From Phoronis australis (lineage: Eukaryota > Animalia > Phoronida): DNA of 64,000 nt. Positions 12,688 to 24,200 of this stretch are shown piece by piece. Below the pieces are notes generated by a model. The model saw only the letters and a list, made by a program, of their open reading frames with translations. It had not been told where the DNA came from and did no database searches. Each line of letters opens with the position of its first letter. Position 1 is the first letter of the stretch. Location of the stretch: the NCBI GenBank assembly GCA_002633005.1, contig NMRA01000238.1:310001-374000 (forward strand), in the 5' to 3' direction. A program made the translations under genes and the position numbers.

Positions 12688-14880
12688 GTTTGAGGTGAAG
12701 TGTCACAGGGATCCAATCGAAGTTTACATTTGTTGGTAATTCATGAAGAACAACAAATGTCTGTATTTCGAATATTCACCGACAAAAAGTCTAGAACTGC
12801 ACTTGGCACGCCTGGCAGGAAAAACGTCTGTGAAACTAGTGACTCTATAAAGACCATTAGGGTTTCTAGAAGTACGTGTAGTCAGGATGCCAGAGAGTGA
12901 GAGACTCTCAATCAAATTTCGTAGCACAAATTCCTCCAGATTCACAGCTGTGTGTTGTGAGACTCCTTATCACGCGTGGAACAACTGTTCAATTATCCCT
13001 ACATTTGAAAATAAGCTCAAGATTTCTAGTATCCTGATATACCGCTAACGTCGTGTATCCCTCGGCACTCTCGTCATCCATAACTGCAAGGCAAGCTGTC
13101 GCTCTGGTTTCTTGGGAGTCGTCGAGATTTGTGTAAAGCGAAAAGAAAACACTGGTAGCGTTCAATTCATTCATTACAAAGACGGTAGTGCTTGGATCAA
13201 ATCAGCTTTTATTGAACTACACACACTTCAGTGGCAAATAACAATAACACCCATTCGATTTAATAACATGGTACAATGCAGCATTAGCTAGACAATAATA
13301 AACTGTTAGAACTACTTTTGTGACAAGAGTTGAACATTTTGATTAACTGTGAAATGAACAAGAGAATGCGTCAAACGAGTGAAAAACTTATCTTCACATC
13401 TAGTGTTAGGAAAGAACCCTAGTACAATACACATTCAACAAATGGTATTTCAAGTGAACTAACGCAAATTTTTAATGACGCATACGTGTAACTATATTTT
13501 AATAAACACATTTTGCTGACTTAGCAATATTATGGAAGCGAACAGAGTGTTTCCTACAAAATTTAGTTATTCCTTTCATGTATTTGCTGGTTACATCAAT
13601 AAAAAAGGACAAAATCAGGCAGAAATCTTAGAACGAAACGGGAGAAAGCACTTATTATTATTAATTTCAGTTACGTCACGGAGAGACTTTAAACATGGAT
13701 CCGTATCATTAAATTTAATCTCTAAGAAAACTTACGACCTATCGGCCGGCGGGGAGTATTCATCGATATTGACACTTTGCTCTGCAATGATACGTGACAT
13801 AAAAAGTTTAGCTCAAATATCCACAATAATTTTTAATGTGCCACAAAACTTGTTGAGTCATTGATTTTACAAGACAACCATTTTTGGGTTATCTTGCTAA
13901 GTAAATCCTTCAAGATTTATTTTCTATGCAACCGATTATTTTTTTCCGAATTTGCCTCAGCAATAATTCGACAAAGCATAGCTTTTCGTTTCCTTTCTAT
14001 TCGTTTTCACCTTTCAATTTGAGATAGTATTCTCATGTATTCGTTATAAAACAACTAGTTTTGGTCCTTCACCTGTGTTTGCGATTACTGAGTTGTCAGC
14101 TCATGACGTAGCATGTTTATCTTCCTCTAGGAGACAAGCTGGGAACCAGCGAGGTTTACATTCGCCAATTTAACTGCTGAGTTGGCTGGGAATTTTGAGA
14201 TACATAGTGAGTGCGACGATGGAGAACGGGATCTGCTGGTATTTTTCAGCCTATTGACAATGAAAAAGGGAAATTTGCCGGCCCTTTGCCACAGTGGTTG
14301 CGGACCAAATACCATATTTGTCATACGTCGTCAGCTCGTCAGATGTCGCGGGAGTAAAAACTTGAGCGCGTTTGCTAGAGATCGTGCGTTGTCAAAGAAG
14401 TGTCAACGCTGTAATCACGACTTGGTTTGAAATACGCTTTATTTTGATACCAAGTGCGTATTTTAATTCATTCAAGCGTACGTCTAACGCTATTTTTTAT
14501 ACTTGATGTGTAATTGCAATTCTGAAATACGTAACATATATATACGCAGATGCGCGGTTTGCAGCTATGGGTAACTTTTATCCACTTAAAACTTTATTCG
14601 CTTCAAGGGATTGAGGTGAACAATTCTTTAAATATTAAACCATTTAGGGCTTCCAAGAGACAGCATTGATTATTTATGAAATCATAGCTGTTAAATACAT
14701 GCCTTTTCTTGCATCAGCATAGCCCAGGTAAAAATAATCATGTTTATCGTTGCCGCCACCGCCTAAAAATGTGCCGCGTCGATTTTATATTTTATTTCAA
14801 AATTGTCTGTTTGCAAGCGCACCAGTAGAATGTGTTCGCACAAAGCGGAAGTACTCTCACAGAGCAAGATATTACATTTA

Positions 14881-14896
14881 TCACTAGATGGTGCTG
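14881..14896 (+). promoter_or_regulatory. CTCF-type motif
   Basis: TCACTAGATGGTGCTG in a CpG-rich intergenic stretch. Confidence 0.4.
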
Positions 14897-16489
14897 CGGC
14901 CGAGTACGCTTCCTCTTCTAGTGGTACGATACCGACACTGAGAAGTGGGAGTTTATCACGTGTGCACTCCCACGCGTCTTTGGTTGATTGACAATCACCC
15001 CAATCAAGAACATGATACGTAATTACTTCAAATGAACTTGTTTGCTTGCAGCAAGGCCAAGTATATGACATGTTGTTAAGTCTATGATGGTCTCTCAGTG
15101 GCCTTCGGCGTGGGCCACGTAGTGGTGACGTCAACCCCCTAAGGCCATCACTAGTATCTTTTGTAAACACCCATAATCCATATTTGAATAAAAAATCCAT
15201 AAGATCTCTAAACTGAATTACAACTTGATATTTTAATATTTCAGTGAAATAAAAGACATGCTCATACAAACTAGTGAGTTGCACAGCTCTGAACTGATTC
15301 TATTCACCATGCATCACAGTGCACGTAAATGCTATGGCTCTTACATCATCATCCCGGGAATTGATTACAGCTCTAAAGAGATATCAAATTTCTTTTTTTA
15401 AAAGAATCTGTATAACTATTTTTATTGAATCAAATAAGTGTGAAACACGGACACTCCGTATAGGGTGACATGTATGGGTGGCACCACTCCAAGCGACGTC
15501 ATAAAATAAAAAGAATAAAAATGAACAGTGCGACCCGAGATCAGCCCCAGATGGTAAACCTGTTTAGTTTTATTACCTGGCCTTATCGAATACTACCGGC
15601 TAGTTACGCTATCAACGGTACAGGTCTTGGGGCGGTTATTATAGTCCTTGAACCCACCGTCACGACGATCCGTGACCGTATATATGTGTGGACGACAGGA
15701 CTGGAGACGTCTGCGTGAACAGCGACAACTCAAACAGTTCCTCGAGAACCTCCCGTTTGCGGGAAGTGATGTCAATCATTTTGAACAGACCCGAAATTTC
15801 AGTATTCTATTTGCTTAGCAAAATTGAGCTACAACTGTAGTTCGATATTTTCCGTTGGGTGTCTCTAGCGTGTCATAGTCAAGTGTCCGATTTTGTCGAG
15901 CAGTCACAGGCCAACCAATTTTTCCATTGTGATAAAAGAGCTTACGTAGGTGTTGTAACCCTTTCCGGGATGTGCAACAAAAATTAGTCTTTGTTTCACG
16001 ACCAGAATCTCCTCGAAACGTTGCCCCTCATTCCCGATTAAATTCTTTAGCTGTACATGAACCACAAAATTCACTTTATGTGTTGGAAGCTCTGCAAAAA
16101 AGGCACATATTTGAGACAAAAGCGTTAAAAGAACTTTTGTTGGATTCTTATTAATTAATTAATAAACCTTCAAAAGAGTTGTGTGGGAGCAAACCTCTAC
16201 TAAAATAAGGTTTTTCAAGTTCACTTCTGGTTTTTCATAAAGTGTGTGATTGCCATGTACTGGAAACTTATTTGTCTAATTAATAAAGTCTTTCTGACAC
16301 TTTTTCACGTATGTTACCAAACAAATTGCTCTTCCATGTGTATCCCACCGGCCAAAAAAATCATAATAGATCATATATATTTGCATTTTCAAAGAATATA
16401 CTCTTGCGTAAAGAGACACTTGCATGTAATTCTCATTGTCCAAAGACGTGCTCTTGTAGACTTAAACACACACTGACTACGATATAGAA

Positions 16490-17250
16490 ACAACCCTCGG
16501 CATTTCAGAAGTTTGTATATCCCATACACTTTACTTTGACATACTACGGATTTGTTTATTGGTAGCATTTCAGACGCTAGTAAGTTTGGGACAGTCTACT
16601 GGTCAGACTATAAAGCATTATCAATTCATTGTATAGTAAGATTTTGTTAAAGAATTGCTCGCATATTGCCACCTCACTGGGTCGTGATTATCATTCGTTA
16701 ATCGCCGTTTCAGATTCACTATTATGAAGCAATTAATGAGTTCAGTTATCCACTGCATTTGCGGATGCATCAACTTGTGATGTTTTACCAAGTCTGTTTA
16801 TTCATTGCTTCTCGAAATCATTTGTTATAGCATTTCAGAAGTTTACGAGTTTGTTTCCCATAAGTAAATTTCTTTTACATTTCACAGGTTCACTTGTTTC
16901 TTGCATTTTGTGAGTTTGCTTCTTCTATTATCAGGAGACTTGCGTCACACTTTACAATTCATTAATGATGTCGGTGGGTTTATTATCTTTTCTACTTATA
17001 ATTAGTTAATTCATCACTTTTCGCAGAATTATAAGTTCACATTTCACGGGTTGGCTATTTCAATGGATTTCGTGACCATTTGCTGCATTCTTGGCTCCAG
17101 TACTTTGTAGAATTTAATGGAGTTCATTATCCTTTCCTCTTCATTAACCATTAATTAGTCGGTTTTTACAGACCCATTATTCATCGACTTTTAAGTTTTT
17201 GGTAATTTTATCATATACTAGTTCGTTATTTTGCATTTTAGACATTCACT
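16490..17250. repeat. Cryptic, highly degenerate minisatellite (gcatttcagaagttcact-like)
   Basis: Motif variants near 16500, 16565, 16707, 16830, 16878, 17040 and 17232; T-rich strand skew. Confidence 0.55.
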
Positions 17251-18799
17251 AATTCCTCACCCGTTAGGCATTTTTTAACCAGTCGCATTTGCGCCCACCT
17301 TCTTAGTCTTCATCCGCAGCACCCATGAGCTGCGAAACTCACCCGCACATCTATTAACGCATAGTTTGTGCAAAAAAACTTCAGTTTGAAAATCTAAAAA
17401 GGAATTTGCACGCTAACCCCTTTTCTCTGTCATTGCTTAGCCAAATTAGTTACAAACACAACATATAGTGACGATGTGAATATAAAGTAGGTTAAAAATG
17501 TCCAAATATTTTTAAGAAAGTTTTGTGGCGAAAATGATCCGCCGCAAATATCTGAACCGTGTCCAGTAAGTAACGTAACGTGGCGGTGCTGGGGAATAAC
17601 ACTGCACGATGAGAGCTGTGACACGGCAGGCGATGGATAAAAGAATCATAGAATTGTAGACCACGGGAAATTTCAGTAACGCTAGGACGTCGCTAAAAGC
17701 AAGATTGCGCATCGCCGTGTATATTCAAGAGAGCACATGATTTTGGCATTTTCTAGCCGTGGATGTTGTAGTCCAGCCGATCTAGATGTTTTTAACAAAT
17801 TTCCGCTGGATTCCATTGTTGGACAAAATCTTGTCTTGGAAACAGAAAATAAATCGTGAAGTACCTGTCACGACGAGTTAAAAAGGCCAGACAAGTATAC
17901 TAGCCTCGAACAACCGGAGCAAGACGTAATCTTGCATTTAACTGGTGTGAACATAATGAGCCTCGATTTCAGTGAATTCTACCCAACGTGGGAAGTTATC
18001 GTTGGAAGTAAAATCACAATACAACGGATTTTGTAGTTTTTTTTACCTCGAGTCATAGCAACTTCAATAAGTCTATCCTAGTGCCCAACGACAATGCCAA
18101 AATATACCATAAAACCAATTGTGTTTAAAAAATAAAATAAGTTGTTCCACCTGTTTAAGGACAGAAAGGCGTATTTTTGGGATTGATAGGATAGACTTTT
18201 CGAAGTCATTAGTTATGACCAGGGCTATGAAAGAGCAAAATCGGTTATGTCTTTGTGATTTATAAGGGCCGATTTCTGACATCTTCTCGCCACTCGGTCA
18301 CGGCAGGTGGCCTTAAAAACTCGGTTGTCACATTGGCTTTGAACTCTATTGGCAATTTGATAACCCGGCGTTTTAATCGCAAAGGTATAAAGTATTAAGG
18401 AACAACAAAAAGGACAAACTTCAGATTTTCTCTCAAATGTTCAGTTAATTCCATTTCGCGAAGATAACTTTCCACTGACAAGTTACCCTGGATCAACAAC
18501 CACTCGTAGGTTGGAGGGCCAACCATTCAGTATGCGCGATGTGAAGGAAAGAGCGAGAAATCAATTCATGTTAGACATATGTCCCGTAGTAAACATAGTT
18601 CCGTTTCCAAAGAAAAAACGAGAGACTGGATGGATTGGCGAAAATGGTCATTTATTAGGCGTAACAATGAAAATAATACACTCTAGAATGTTGGGCATTG
18701 AAAACCCGCCACCTAATGTAAACAAGAGCAAGTCGGAGCTTTGAAATGTGAACACGAATGCACCCCCAAACAGTGAGCTTCTAGGTGTGTTTATTTGTA

Positions 18800-19748
18800 T
18801 CATAAAAATGGCCACTAGATGGCGCAGCTGTATCTCCTAAACTCCTCACAGGATCTTGATGAGATTTGGCAGATGTGTTTCTATGTAAAGATGACGACGG
18901 ATGACGACGAATTTTTTTACCTCTCCGACTGCCGATGTGCCCCTAGTGGCAATTTTAGTTTTTTTACGTTTACCTCTGTATCTTCGAAAGTTCTCATCGG
19001 ATTTTCATGAAATTAGACAGTTAGGCATCTATTAGTGAGATGACTCTATCCTCCCGTTTTTGGATGTTTCCAAGGTGACTATTCATACTGTTTTCGAGGT
19101 AGTTTTGGCATCCGCCCATGAATCAAACAAACCGCCCCAGGGATGATTGTGAAAATTGGCATATAAGTTCTTACTGAGAAGAGGGCAGCTGACGATGATT
19201 TTCTGACGACTTCGACTACTGTGGCACCTCCTAAGCTTTGTTTGTTCTGCACCCCTGGCTATATCTCCTAACCACTCTACATGATCTTTTTCGCAAGTGT
19301 ATCTATATGAAGTTGATAATGTACGACGACGACATGTGGACGGATCGGACTACCGATTTGACCACCAGGTGGGACAGCTATTGGATGTTGGATGTTCGGG
19401 CAACCAACTAACCAGCTGACTCTCCCTTTGAATAGCTTTAAGATTTGACCACCAGGTGGAGCAGCTATTGCATGTTGGATGTCAACCAACCAACCAGCTG
19501 TCTTTCCCTTTGGATGGGTACGATTTTACCACCAGGTGGGGCAGTGGTCACGTGTACTACTAACTAGTTGTTTGACATCCATGCAAGATTCTGATTGTTT
19601 TACCATTTGGCCACCGGTTGAATTGGTTGGTAACTCACCAACTGTCTCCTTGTTTCACAATTTGACCACCAGGTGTGGCAGTAGTAATGTGTACACTTGA
19701 ATAGTTGGTTGACACCCATGTAAGATTCTGACATGTACCGCATAAAAA
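18800..19748. mobile_element. DINE-1/Helentron-associated-like non-autonomous element with internal degenerate tandem subrepeats
   Basis: 18829-18985 is homologous to 37980-38135; recurring tatctc...gat..tga..aaattgg subunits; ~80-bp subrepeats at 19356-19730; ends in gcataaaaa. Family assignment is inference from architecture. Confidence 0.55.
18809..18827 (+). promoter_or_regulatory. CTCF-type motif
   Basis: TGGCCACTAGATGGCGCAG, close to the CTCF core consensus. Confidence 0.45.
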
Positions 19749-19835
19749 GGAATAAAGTGAAGCTAACTATGACAAAAGATAAGATACAAATATAGCGGCA
19801 ACACATGAAGGGGGTTGTGAAAGGTGGGTTAAATG

Positions 19836-20001
19836 GATATGTACTGGTGTTAACAGTGAGGGAAACTGATATGTACTGGTGTTAACAGTGAGGGAAACTG
19901 ATATGTACTGGTGTTAACAGTGAGGGAAACTGATATGTACTGGTGTTAACAGTGAGGGAAACTGATATGTACTGGTGTTAACAGTGAGGGAAACTGATAT
20001 G
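19836..20001. repeat. Perfect 32-bp minisatellite, 5.2 copies
   Basis: gatatgtactggtgttaacagtgagggaaact starting at 19836, 19868, 19900, 19932 and 19964. Confidence 0.98.
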
Positions 20002-21097
20002 AAAGTGACGATAAAATCGAGCCTGTCCCATACAAAGGAGTACTGTACCAAGACACAAACAAACACAGCTATGAAATGTTGAATGGTGATGTCATCCCCA
20101 ACGACCTATGACACAAGTGCTAATGAGAGAACCAGCAAGAGACTTCATGGGGCATGACGAAACAACACAACGCAGCACAACCATGAACACAACACAAGGA
20201 GGATCAAGCAACAATGCAAACTGTGCGAAAGAGGGCCAGGGGTCTGTTTCATCAGAGTGACTTAAGACAAAAAATTTGGTATTAGGCTCCATATAAATAT
20301 TTATACAAAATAGTTTAATCTCACTTGAGCAAAAGTACAATGTCTCTGAGAATGTACACATAACTATTATGTTACAGAGATATTTCCCATAAATCATTTT
20401 TGTATTGTGGTGCCCTCATTTTGTAAGTCCTTTCTGCCTTTGTTGATCTGGTAGCCTACTGATGTACAAGCAGTCAACTACAGAATACAGCATGGTGGAG
20501 CGATATCACCAGTTTTAGAAATGCAAGTTGTATCACTTTTAGATATTACATAATTGTTATTGTGACTAAAGAAATTTAACAGATAAGGATACCTCAACGT
20601 AAATTTGTTTTATTTTGTGTTAAATTTGCTCTCCCAAATAGCAATTGTGAGGTTTTTGTAGGATGGGAAATGTGTCCTCAAAAAGGCATTCCACCCTATT
20701 TCGTGGCACTGTTCTTTGAATTAATATCTGACTTTGGGAGGAAATGTAACAACAGTTGTTTTGGAAGTGCAGTGATGCCTTTGGAGAAGCACATTTTGAA
20801 ATCAAACCTGGGCACTTAGAGACTTAAATGTTAAATAACACAGCTTTTTTCACTGCTCGGACAGCTGTAGAACAACAGTTAATGAGTATTGCCATAAATT
20901 CAGTCTTTCTTCCTATAAAACCTAATGTATCACTGGTCAGCCTGAGCCACTCAACCCAGCTCAGCCTTGGTTTAACGCAAATAACAGCTAAGTTCATAAA
21001 AATTCAGGATATACTGCAGCCAAAATGAGCTGTCACCATGACGACTTTAGATCTTCAACACAGTACTGAATCTTCTTCCTCTTACAAGATAAGTACA

Positions 21098-21210
21098 TCA
21101 CAGCATGACCTCAGTGAAGTTAGCGGGGAATATGCCGACTTTACCGCGAAGTTCACCCTCCCACCAATCATCTTGAGTGTCTGTACGAGTTAATACCACA
21201 ATCTCTTCGC
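21098..21210 (-). CDS. SH3YL1: SH3YL1 coding exon 8 (SH3 C-terminal half, stop)
   Basis: EEIVVLTRTDTQDDWWEGELRGKVGIFPANFTEVML-TGA. Confidence 0.95.
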
Positions 21211-24200
21211 CTGCAAGAATGTAATGGATTAAAAAACTAAAATATGACATCAACCAAAATACAATGAAATTTGGAAATAATAAAAGAACAAAATGATCTG
21301 GAATGACTCATCATAACACATCAGGATGGGTCCTTACCCCACATAGTGGGAACTACCTGTCACTGTTGGTTATTACCCATCATTTACCCACCATAACAGG
21401 TCATTGCCACCAACGTGGGTCATTACCCCACAATGGGGGGTCATTACCCGTCATGATGATCAATACCATCATCGTGACTCATTACTTATCATCATAGATA
21501 ATTACCATCATTATTGGTCATTACCTGTCACTGTGGGTCATGTTGGAAAAACACAACTTTGTCCACTTAATTTTGGTAGGTGCTATACAAGTATTGCCAT
21601 CTGATGACTTATCCCTTAAATAACACAATTTCCCTTTCCCGCCTACTAACGTATTATTATATTTTGCTCCAAAACCTATATCAGAAAAAGTGAGCAGTGT
21701 TTCAAGGATTTCCTTTTGAACTTGCCAAAACTTTATGCTTTACTAAACCTTGGGTAAATTGTCATTATTTCTGCTCCCTTATTCAAATAACTCCAAATTC
21801 CTCAAGGTATTTCGATAATTACAATAAGAATTCTAACCATTTCTGTTCCCCAGCCCTCAAACAAAAGTAATCATGTTTGAAGTTAGTACTACTCAACTCC
21901 CAACTGCTAAAAATCATTCACATTTAACATTGTCAATACAGTACATCATGAGAAAATCCTCTCCTCAAAGGGAACACAAAACACAGAAGTGGCCTGACTG
22001 TCTCTTACCTTGGCTAAAGGACAGATCACAGTGCATTTCTCCATCAAAGTCATACAAGGCTTTAACCTTTAGTGGAGCATCCCACGCACTGTCAACATCT
22101 GCAATGCAGATAGAACAAGTGTAAAACAGGACTGTATGAACGAGAATGTTGACACAAAGTTCAGTTTGGAAAATCTTAACTTTGGGACACAGACATTGAT
22201 AGGAAAAGTGAATTTTTGTCTCTGATAATAGGACACAGGTGGATTTTTGCTTTCCGAATCGTACGGATCCCAGAAGTTTTTGGGCAAGAATAGGTAATCA
22301 ATTTTTTTGGCTGCCAATTGCTCTGTGGCTACAGGGCGGATCCAGAATTTTGAGTTGGGGAGGCAGGGCAGAGTATTAGCCAGGATTCTGCCCGTCAGAC
22401 ATTCGCACCCCCGATGTGCCAAATGAAATATTGGAGAATTTTAGGGGGGGCGGGGCATGGTCCCCTTGGCCCTCTTAAATCCACCACGACTGAGGTATAT
22501 ACAAGCATGGAAACGGTTCGCTCTGCTGGGTGCGCTAATTTGAGCCATGCCATAGCACTAAAAATCATGAGAAACACTGCAATGCACACTGTCTGAAATC
22601 AACAGATTAAAGTTGGCTACTGTCAGATAATTTCCTGGCAGGGCACCTCAAACAGTCGATTAGAACTGTTGCCAAAAATTGAGCCAGGTAAACCCATGGT
22701 CTAACCTCATCAAACCAGTTACAAAATGAATGAGCATAGAAAGACACATCCAGTTACCTATGGCACTGACAGGCCTCTCTCGTTTTTCTGTGTGACCACT
22801 GGTGTAGGAAACAAATGACTTGGGTCTCACTGACTTCTTAACACTAGTTCTAGTCGTTCTTTTTGTTACGGTATGAGTGTTCTTGGAAGGTGAGCCACGT
22901 GGAATGGGAGGACTGTAGGAGGAGGTGGAGTCAGAGGACTCTCGGCGACCTGCTGACCTTGGAGTGGGCGGAGACTTGTCTTGTCTCGGCTCACGGAATC
23001 CAAAGCTCTGTAATCAATGTTTGAACATGCTCGCCACAAAAGAATAATAGCTTGAGTTCAGTACAAAGTTTATCAAGAATACAAAATGGATAACAAAATG
23101 GACAGTTATCAACTCCACATTATTGCTTGATTTACTAACAAACAGATATATAATGACACCATATTCTAATTATGGCTTCATAACCACTTACAGCTCAGTA
23201 CTGAAGTTATTACTTGATGTTAAAATCTGACCTAATCTAATCTAATTTCATGGACATCTGATATTGCTGCTTCCATTGGTTTCAGTGTGTTGCGATCATT
23301 TCATCAGTGGTTTCGTTGCTATAACGCAACACTCAACACCAGATTCCTAAAGCACAGGCACAATTTACAAAGGCAGGGGAGGTGTTGTGTATCATGACAA
23401 AACCAAATTATAAGACACCTGAGCAGAGGTAATACCATTTTTGCCACCCCAGTTCGCACTTCTTTTCATTTACTCACCCAAGATAATACCAACGATAACA
23501 CAAACCAGAAATACCCAACCAAAACAATACCAAGAAGGCACACAGGCAACATGCCCATCCAAAATGATGTTTGAGAGAGCAAAACACTCATGCAAGACGG
23601 CACCAGTGAGGTCAAAATACTCACAGGTCCTTACCTGAATGTGCTTCTTACCTTGAACTTAGATAGTGCACCAGGTGCTTTCTTCTCAATCTGTTTCTCT
23701 GCCTGCTTGCGTCCCTCCCTTTTAGCCATAGCAAGCGCCGCTTGTTGGAACATCGACTTGTGACTCTCCAGAACATCGTAGAGTACCTTACACTCGCTGG
23801 GTGGAGCCACCTTACCACTCAGGATGTCGTATGCACGGATGTTGTCATCTTTGTAAAACCTAGTACATTGAAGTAGTGAAGAGTTAGTGTACAGTCAATA
23901 TTAATATCAACAGGTGAACACCAAATTTTGCTCAAGACAGTGCTCTAAAACTGACCAATCACGTGCCACACTTCCAGTGATGTTTCCGATTTCATGCCAC
24001 ACAATTGTTCAAGTTTGGAGTCGAGTCTCCAGCAAAATTTGGCAGCAGTGGCCTCAGGTTTGTTTTAAGTTTTCCATCACTTACAAGTACTTCATAATGC
24101 AGGAGCATAATCGGTCGGAAATCCATTCTCCAATATTTGGCAGTCACAAAACCTTAGTCATTCCAAAATGAAACACTCTTCATCCTGTGACTAATTAGAT

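Noticed and set aside
14763-15284. 173-aa - strand ORF
   Set aside because: Non-ATG start in the ORF track, no recognisable motif or exon boundaries; better explained as regulatory or repeat sequence
15945-16154. RCCNPF... peptide resembling a transposon zinc-finger start
   Set aside because: Too short, with no further Cys/His or catalytic motifs
19356-20001. CRISPR-like array (regularly spaced palindromic repeats, then a 32-bp repeat)
   Set aside because: Spacers are homologous to each other or absent, there are no cas genes, and the context is intron-containing eukaryotic DNA
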